Below are positions 55,501 to 64,000 of a stretch of 64,000 nucleotides of DNA, piece after piece. The stretch is from Eledone cirrhosa (taxonomy: Eukaryota), in the NCBI GenBank assembly GCA_964016885.1, contig OZ024758.1:36022001-36086000 (forward strand), written 5' to 3'. The notes beneath the pieces were generated by a model. It ran no database searches and was not told the DNA's origin. It worked only from the letters and a program-made list of their open reading frames with translations. Both the position numbers and the translations under genes were made by a program. Numbering within the stretch: the first letter of the stretch is position 1; every line of letters begins with the position of its first letter.

Positions 55501-56820
55501 CCCAATGTTGGTGAGAATTCATTTAAGTTCATGGTACTAGCTGTCAGAAGTAACTCCACTGTTGGTGAGAATTCATTTAAGTTCATGGTATTAGCTGTCA
55601 GAAGTCACTCCAATGTTGGTGAGAATTCATTTAAGTTCATGGTATTAGCTGTCAGAAGTCACTCCACTGTTGGTGAGAATTCATTTAAGTTCATGGTACT
55701 AGCTGTCAGAAGTAACCCCAATGTTGTTGAGAATTCATTTAAGTTCATGGTATTAGCTGTCAGAAGTCACTCCAATGTTGGTGAGAATTCATTTAAGTTC
55801 ATGGTATTAGCTGTCAGAAGTAACTCCACTGTTGGTGAGAATTCATTTAAGTTCATGGTATTAGCTGTCAGAAGTAACTCCACTGTTGGTGAGAATTCAT
55901 TTAAGTTCATGGTATTAGCTGTCAGAAGTAACTCCACTGTTGGTGAGAATTCATTTAAGTCATGGTATTAGCTGTCAGAAGTAACTCCAATGTTGGTGAG
56001 AATTCATTTAAGTTCATGGTATTAGCTGTCAGAAGTCACTCCACTGTTGGTGAGAATTCATTTAAGTTCATGGTACTAGCTGTCAGAAGTAACCCCAATG
56101 TTGGTGAGAATTCATTTAAGTTCATGGTATTAGCTGTCAGAAGTCACTCCAATGTTGGTGAGAATTCATTTAAGTTCATGGTATTAGCTGTCAGAAGTAA
56201 CTCCACTGTTGGTGAGAATTCATTTAAGTTCATGGTATTAGCTGTCAGAAGTAACTCCACTGTTGGTGAGAATTCATTTAAGTTCATGGTATTAGCTGTC
56301 AGAAGTAACTCCACTGTTGGTGAGAATTCATTTAAGTTCATGGTATTAGCTGTCAGAAGGAACTCCAATGTTGGTGAGAATTCATTTAAGTCATGGTACT
56401 AGCTGTCAGAAGTAACTCCACTGTTGGTGAGAATTCATTTAAGTTCATGGTATTAGCTGTCAGAAGGAACGCCACTGTTGGTGAGAATTCATTTAAATTC
56501 ATGGTATTAGCTGTCAGAAGTAACTCCACTGTTGGTGAGAATTCATTTAAGTTCATGGTACTAGCTGTCAGAAGTAACTCCAATGTTGGTGAGAATTCAT
56601 TTAAGCTCATGGTATTAGCTGTCAGAAGTAACTCCACTGTTGGCGAGAATTCATTTAAGTTCATGGTATTAGCTGTCAGAAGTCACTCCAATGTTGGTGA
56701 GAATTCATTTGAGTCATGGTACTAGCTGTCAGAAGTAACTCCACTGTTGGTGAGAATTCATTTAAGTTCATTGTATTAGCTGTCAGAAGGAACGCCACTG
56801 TTGGTGAGAATTCATTTAAG
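46048..56820. repeat. Young 32-monomer (1724 bp) higher-order repeat domain (11+8+6+7 monomers) with length variants, including an 1833-bp duplication
   Basis: Offset 1724 = 32x54-4 at 46048/47772, 46641/48365, 47072/48796, 54238/55962 and 54669/56393. Offset 1833 at 50467/52300 and 51060/52893. Offset 1345 at 52893/54238. Marker set AAGCTCATG, GGCGAG, TTTGAGTC and GTTGTTGAG. Confidence 0.85.
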
Positions 56821-59800
56821 TTCATGGTACTAGCTGTCAGAAGTCACTCCACTGTTGGTGAGAATACATTTAAGTTCATGGTACTAGCTGTCAGAAGTAA
56901 CCCCAATGTTGGTGAGAATTCATTTAAGTTCATGGTATTAGCTGTCAGAAGTAACTCCACTGTTGGTGAGAATTCATTTAAGTTCATGGTACTAGCTGTC
57001 AGAAGTAACTCCAATGTTGGTGAGAATTCATTTAAGTTCATGGTATTAGCTGTCAGAAGGAACTCCACTGTTGCTGAGAATTCATTTAAGTTCATGGTAT
57101 TAGCTGTCAGAAGTAACTCCACTGTTGGTGAGAATTCATTTAAGTTCATGGTACTAGCTGTCAGAAGTCACTCCACTGTTGGTGAGAATACATTTAAGTT
57201 CATGGTACTAGCTGTCAGAAGTAACCCCAATGTTGGTGAGAATTCATTTAAGTTCATGGTATTAGCTGTCAGAAGTCACTCCAATGTTGGTGAGAATTCA
57301 TTTAAGTTCATGGTATTAGCTGTCAGAAGTAACTCCACTGTTGGTGAGAATTCATTTAAGTTCATGGTATTAGCTGTCAGAAGGAACGCCACTGTTGGTG
57401 AGAATTCATTTAAGTTCATGGTATTAGCTGTCAGAAGTAACTCCACTGTTGGTGAGAATTCATTTAAGTTCATGGTACTAGCTGTCAGAAGTAACTCCAC
57501 TGTTGGTGAGAATTCATTTAAGTTCATGGTATTAGCTGTCAGAAGCCACTCCAATGTTGGTGAGAATTCATTTAAGTTCATGGTATTAGCTGTCAGAAGT
57601 CACTCCACTGTTGGTGAGAATTCATTTAAGTTCATGGTACTAGCTGTCAGAAGTAACCCCAATGTTGGTGAGAATTCATTTAAGTTCATGGTATTAGCTG
57701 TCAGAAGTCACTCCAATGTTGGTGAGAATTCATTTAAGTTCATGGTATTAGCTGTCAGAAGTAACTCCACTGTTGGTGAGAATTCATTTAAGTTCATGGT
57801 ATTAGCTGTCAGAAGTAACTCCACTGTTGGTGAGAATTCATTTAAGTTCATGGTATTAGCTGTCAGAAGTAACTCCACTGTTGGTGAGAATTCATTTAAG
57901 TCATGGTATTAGCTGTCAGAAGTAACTCCAATGTTGGTGAGAATTCATTTAAGTTCATGGTATTAGCTGTCAGAAGTCACTCCACTGTTGGTGAGAATTC
58001 ATTTAAGTTCATGGTACTAGCTGTCAGATGTAACCCCAATGTTGGTGAGAATTCATTTAAGGTCATGGTATTAGCTGTCAGAAGTCACTCCAATGTTGGT
58101 GAGAATTCATTTAAGTTCATGGTATTAGCTGTCAGAAGTAACTCCACTGTTGGTGAGAATTCATTTAAGTTCATGGTATTAGCTGTCAGAAGTAACTCCA
58201 CTGTTGGTGAGAATTCATTTAAGTTCATGGTATTAGCTGTCAGAAGTAACTCCACTGTTGGTGAGAATTCATTTAAGTTCATGGTATTAGCTGTCAGAAG
58301 GAACTCCAATGTTGGTGAGAATTCATTTAAGTCATGGTACTAGCTGTCAGAAGTAACTCCACTGTTGGTGAGAATTCATTTAAGTTCATGGTATTAGCTG
58401 TCAGAAGGAACGCCACTGTTGGTGAGAATTCATTTAAATTCATGGTATTAGCTGTCAGAAGTAACTCCACTGTTGGTGAGAATTCATTTAAGTTCATGGT
58501 ACTAGCTGTCAGAAGTAACTCCAATGTTGGTGAGAATTCATTTAAGTTCATGGTATTAGCTGTCAGAAGTAACTCCACTGTTGGTGAGAATTCATTTAAG
58601 TTCATGGTATTAGCTGTCAGAAGTCACTCCAATGTTGGTGAGAATTCATTTAAGTCATGGTACTAGCTGTCAGAAGTAACTCCACTGTTGGTGAGAATTC
58701 ATTTAAGCTCATTGTATTAGCTGTCAGAAGGAACGCCACTGTTGGTGAGAATTCATTTAAGTTCATGGTATTAGCTGTCAGAAGTAACTCCACTGTTGGT
58801 GAGAATTCATTTAAGTTCATGGTACTAGCTGTCAGAAGTAACTCCAATGTTGGTGAGAATTCATTTAAGTTCATGGTATTAGCTCTCAGAAGGAACTCCA
58901 CTGTTGCTGAGAATTCATTTAAGTTCATGGTATTAGCTGTCAGAAGTAACTCCACTGTTGGTGAGAATTCATTTAAGTTCATGGTACTAGCTGTCAGAAG
59001 TCACTCCACTGTTGGTGAGAATACATTTAAGTTCATGGTACTAGCTGTCAGAAGTAACCCCAATGTTGGTGAGAATTCATTTAAGTTCATGGTATTAGCT
59101 GTCAGAAGTCACTCCAATGTTGGTGAGAATTCATTTAAGTTCATGGTATTAGCTGTCAGAAGTAACTCCACTGTTGGTAAGAATTCATTTAAGTTCATGG
59201 TATTAGCTGTCAGAAGTAACTCCACTGTTGGTGAGAATTCATTTAAGTTCATGGTACTAGCTGTCAGAAGTAACTCCACTGTTGGTGAGAATTCATTTAA
59301 GTTCATGGTATTAGCTGTCAGAAGTCACTCCAATGTTGGTGAGAATTCATTTAAGTTCATGGTATTAGCTGTCAGAAGTCACTCCACTGTTGGTGAGAAT
59401 TCATTTAAGTCATGGTATTAGCTGTCAGAAGTAACTCCAATGTTGGTGAGAATTCATTTAAGTTCATGGTATTAGCTGTCAGAAGTCACTCCACTGTTGG
59501 TGAGAATTCATTTAAGTTCATGGTACTAGCTGTCAGAAGTAACCCCAATGTTGGTGAGAATTCATTTAAGTTCATGGTATTAACTGTCAGAAGTCACTCC
59601 AATGTTGGTGAGAATTCATTTAAGTTCATGGTATTAGCTGTCAGAAGTAACTCCACTGTTGGTGAGAATTCATTTAAGTTCATGGTATTAGCTGTCAGAA
59701 GTAACTCCACTGTTGGTGAGAATTCATTTAAGTTCATGGTATTAGCTGTCAAAAGTAACTCCACTGTTGGTGAGAATTCATTTAAGTTCATGGTATTAGC

Positions 59801-62800
59801 TGTCAGAAGTAACTCCACTGTTGGTGAGAATTCATTTAAGTTCATGGTATTAGCTGTCAGAAGGAACGCCACTGTTGGTGAGAATTCATTTAAATTCATG
59901 GTATTAGCTGTCAGAAGTAACTCCACTGTTGGTGAGAATTCATTTAAGTTCATGGTACTAGCTGTCAGAAGTAACTCCAATGTTGGTGAGAATTCATTTA
60001 AGTTCATGGTATTAGCTGTCAGAAGGAATTCCACTGTTGCTGAGAATTCATTTAAGTTCATGGTATTAGCTGTCAGAAGTAACTCCACTGTTGGTGAGAA
60101 TTCATTTAAGTTCATGGTACTAGCTGTCAGAAGTAACTCCACTGTTGGTGAGAATTCATTTAAGTTCATGGTATTAGCTGTCAGAAGTCACTCCAATGTT
60201 GGTGAGAATTCCTTTAAGTTCATGGTATTAGCTGTCAGAAGTCACTCCACTGTTGGTGAGAATTCATTTAAGTTCATGGTACTAGCTGTCAGAAGTAACC
60301 CCAATGTTGGTGAGAATTCATTTAAGTTCATGGTATTAGCTGTCAGAAGTCACTCCAATGTTGGTGAGAATTCATTTAAGTTCATGGTATTAGCTGTCAG
60401 AAGTAACTCCACTGTTGGTGAGAATTCATTTAAGTTCATGGTATTAGTTTGTCAGAAGTAACTCCACTGTTGGTGAGAATTCATTTAAGTCATGGTATTA
60501 GTTGTCAGAAGTAACTCCAATGTTGGTGAGAATTCATTTAAGTTCATGGTATTAGCTGTCAGAAGGAACTCCACTGTTGGTGAGAATTCATTTAAGTTCA
60601 TGGTATTAGCTGTCAGAAGGAACTCCAATGTTGGTGAGAATTCATTTAAGTCATGGTACTAGCTGTCAGATGTAACTCCACTGTTGGTGAGAATTCATTT
60701 AAGTTCATGGTATTAGCTGTCAGAAGGAACGCCACTGTTGGTGAGAATTCATTTAAATTCATGGTATTAGCTGTCAGAAGTAACTCCACTGTTGGTGAGA
60801 ATTCATTTAAGTTCATGGTACTAGCTGTCAGAAGTAACTCCAATGTTGGTGAGAATTCATTTAAGTTCATGGTATTAGCTGTCAGAAGTAACTCCACTGT
60901 TGGTGAGAATTCATTTAAGTTCATGGTATTAGCTGTCAGAAGTCACTCCAATGTTGGTGAGAATTCATTTAAGTCATGGTACTAGCTGTCAGAAGTAACT
61001 CCACTGTTGGTGAGAATTCATTTAAGTTCATTGTATTAGCTGTCAGAAGGAACGCCACTGTTGGTGAGAATTCATTTAAGTTCATGGTATTAGCTGTCAG
61101 AAGTAACTCCACTGTTGGTGAGAATTCATTTAAGTTCATGGTACTAGCTGTCAGAAGTAACTCCAATGTTGGTGAGAATTCATTTAAGTTCATGGTATTA
61201 GCTGTCAGAAGTCACTCCAATGTTGGTGAGAATTCATTTAAGTTCATGGTATTAGCTGTCAGAAGTCACTCCACTGTTGGTAAGAATTCATTTAAGTTCA
61301 TGGTATTAGCTGTCAGAAGTAACTCCACTGTTGGTGAGAATTCATTTAAGTTCATGGTATTAGCTGTCAGAAGGAACGCCACTGTTGGTGAGAATTCATT
61401 TAAGTTCATGGTATTAGCTGTCAGAAGTAACTCCACTGTTGGTGAGAATTCATTTAAGTTCATGGTACTACCTGTCAGAAGTAACTCCACTGTTGGTGAG
61501 AATTCATTTAAGTTCATGGTATTAGCTGTCAGAAGTCACTCCAATGTTGGTGAGAATTCATTTAAGTTCATGGTATTAGCTGTCAGAAGTCACTCCACTG
61601 TTGGTGAGAATTCATTTAAGTTCATGGTACTAGCTGTCAGAAGTAACCCCAATGTTGGTGAGAATTCATTTAAGTTCATGGTATTAGCTGTCAGAAGTCA
61701 CTCCAATGTTGGTGAGAATTCATTTAAGTTCATGGTATTAGCTGTCAGAAGTAACTCCACTGTTGGTGAGAATTCATTTAAGTTCATGGTATTAGCTGTC
61801 AGAAGTAACTCCACTGTTGGTGAGAATTCATTTAAGTTCATGGTATTAGCTGTCAGAAGTAACTCCACTGTTGGTGAGAATTCATTTAAGTCATGGTATT
61901 AGCTGTCAGAAGTAACTCCAATGTTGGTGAGAATTCATTTAAGTTCATGGTATTAGCTGTCAGAAGTCACTCCACTGTTGGTGAGAATTCATTTAAGTTC
62001 ATGGTACTAGCTGTCAGAAGTAACCCCAATGTTGGTGAGAATTCATTTAAGTTCATGGTATTAGCTGTCAGAAGTCACTCCAATGTTGGTGAGAATTCAT
62101 TTAAGTTCATGGTATTAGCTGTCAGAAGTAACTCCACTGTTGGTGAGAATTCATTTAAGTTCATGGTATTAGCTGTCAGAAGTAACTCCACTGTTGGTGA
62201 GAATTCATTTAAGTTCATGGTATTAGCTGTCAGAAGTAACTCCACTGTTGGTGAGAATTCATTTAAGTTCATGGTATTAGCTGTCAGAAGGAACTCCAAT
62301 GTTGGTGAGAATTCATTTAAGTCATGGTACTAGCTGTCAGAAGTAACTCCACTGTTGGTGAGAATTCATTTAAGTTCATGGTATTAGCTGTCAGAAGGAA
62401 CGCCACTGTTGGTGAGAATTCATTTAAATTCATGGTATTAGCTGTCAGAAGTAACTCCACTGTTGGTGAGTATTCATTTAAGTTCATTGTATTAGCTGTC
62501 AGAAGGAACGCCACTGTTGGTGAGAATTCATTTAAGTTCATGGTATTAGCTGTCAGAAGTAACTCCACTGTTGGTGAGAATTCATTTAAGTTCATGGTAC
62601 TAGCTGTCAGAAGTAACTCCAATGTTGGTGAGAATTCATTTAAGTTCATGGTATTAGCTGTCAGAAGGAACTCCACTGTTGCTGAGAATTCATTTAAGTT
62701 CATGGTATTAGCTGTCAGAAGTAACTCCACTGTTGGTGAGAATTCATTTAAGTTCATGGTACTAGCTGTCAGAAGTCACTCCACTGTTGGTGAGAATACA

Positions 62801-64000
62801 TTTAAGTTCATGGTACTAGCTGTCAGAAGTAACCCCAATGTTGGTGAGAATTCATTTAAGTTCATGGTATTAGCTGTCAGAAGTAACTTCACTGTTGGTG
62901 AGAATTCATTTAAGTTCATGGTACTAGCTGTCAGAAGTAACTCCAATGTTGGTGAGAATTCATTTAAGTTCATGGTATTAGCTGTCAGAAGGAACTCCAC
63001 TGTTGCTGAGAATTCATTTAAGTTCATGGTATTTGCTGTCAGAAGTAACTCCACTGTTGGTGAGAATTCATTTAAGTTCATGGTACTAGCTGTCAGAAGT
63101 CACTCCACTGTTGGTGAGAATACATTTAAGTTCATGGTACTAGCTGTCAGAAGTAACTCCAATGTTGGTGAGAATTCATTTAAGTTCATGGTATTAGCTG
63201 TCAGAAGTCACTCCAATGTTGGTGAGAATTCATTTAAGTTCATGGTATTAGCTGTCAGAAGTAACTCCACTGTTGGTAAGAATTCATTTAAGTTCATGGT
63301 ATTAGCTGTCAGAAGTAACTCCACTGTTGGTGAGAATTCATTTAAGTTCATGGTATTAGCTGTCAGAAGGAACGCCACTGTTGGTGAGAATTCATTTAAG
63401 TTCATGGTATTAGCTGTCAGAAGTAACTCCACTGTTGGTGAGAATTCATTTAAGTTCATGGTACTAGCTGTCAGAAGTAACCCCAATGTTGGTGAGAATT
63501 CATTTAAGTTCATGGTATTAGCTGTCAGAAGTCACTCCAATGTTGGTGAGAATTCATTTAAGTTCATGGTATTAGCTGTCAGAAGTCACTCCAATGTTGG
63601 TGAGAATTCATTTAAGTTCATGGTATTAGCTGTCAGATGTCACTCCAATGTTGGTGAGAATTCATTTAAGTTCATGGTATTAGCTGTCAGAAGTAACTCC
63701 ACTGTTGGTGAGAATTCATTTAAGTTCATGGTATTAGCTGTCAGAAGTAACTCCACTGTTGGTGAGAATTCATTTAAGTTCATGGTATTAGCTGTCAGAA
63801 GTCACTCCACTGTTGGTGAGAATTCATTTAAGTTCATGGTACTAGCTGTCAGAAGTAACCCCAATGTTGGTGAGAATTCATTTAAGTTCATGGTATTAGC
63901 TGTCAGAAGTCACTCCAATGTTGGTGAGAATTAATTTAAGTTCATGGTATTAGCTGTCAGAAGTAACTCCACTGTTGGTGAGAATTCATTTAAGTCATGG

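Larger units (their letters stand above)
1..64000. repeat. 54-bp tandem satellite DNA array (~1187 monomers, single orientation, runs off both window ends)
   Basis: Seen directly: consensus ATGGTATTAGCTGTCAGAAGTAACTCCACTGTTGGTGAGAATTCATTTAAGTTC repeats from first to last base, and monomers typically differ from it by 0-3 nt. 63997-51 = 63946 = 1186x54 - 99 one-bp deletions + 1 insertion. GAATTC (EcoRI) and AGCT (AluI) occur in nearly every monomer. Confidence 0.99.

Noticed and set aside
395-63513. Minus-strand ORFs (MNLNEFSPTVELLLTANT)n with a faint LxLxxN, LRR-like look
   Set aside because: The 18-residue period is shorter than typical leucine-rich repeats, and the very common A22C variant puts a TGA stop in this frame hundreds of times.
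51-63934. Long + strand ORFs (up to 650 aa) of (MVLAVRSNSTVGENSFKF)n
   Set aside because: The monomer is 18 codons. At 37% GC a given frame is stop-free with probability of roughly 0.28, so 2 open frames of 6 is the chance expectation. The frame is broken by ~100 indels and by nonsense changes (35659, 63932), common variants are mostly non-synonymous, and there is no unique N- or C-terminal sequence.
1-64000. CRISPR array or constant-repeat/variable-spacer cassette
   Set aside because: There are no unique spacers. The variable part is a few SNP alleles reused throughout, and no cas genes or leader are present.
1-64000. Telomerase-type terminal repeat, or rolling-circle/sequencing concatemer artefact
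   Set aside because: There is no G-rich short telomeric motif. Nested, inherited variant patterns and multi-kb duplications with private mutations indicate evolutionary history rather than copying of one template, although individual duplications could still be misassembled.
1-64000. Embedded transposon, inversion, tRNA/5S unit or unique island
   Set aside because: None was seen on reading through. The monomer count and indel tally account exactly for the length from 51 to 63997, and + strand monomer ORFs tile almost the whole window.

Overview
The whole 64 kb window is one uninterrupted head-to-tail tandem satellite array in a single orientation. The consensus monomer is 54 bp: ATGGTATTAGCTGTCAGAAGTAACTCCACTGTTGGTGAGAATTCATTTAAGTTC (37% GC, one EcoRI site, no CpG). 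I count 1186 monomers between the ATG at 51 and the ATG at 63997, including 97 with a recurrent 1-bp T deletion, 2 with a G deletion and 1 with an insertion; the length arithmetic closes exactly. I see no unique sequence, gene, transposon, inversion or CRISPR spacer. All listed ORFs are by-products of a monomer whose length is divisible by 3 and which is stop-free in 2 of 6 frames. The information lies in the order of a few monomer variants. That order shows a decayed ~35-monomer (1887 bp) higher-order repeat, recent near-identical tandem duplications of 1.8-5.4 kb, a young 32-monomer (1724 bp) higher-order repeat at 46-57 kb, regionally restricted variants and a more mutated right end. This resembles eukaryotic centromeric, pericentromeric or subtelomeric satellite, but I do not recognise the family or organism. 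I find no evidence for a novel gene-based system.
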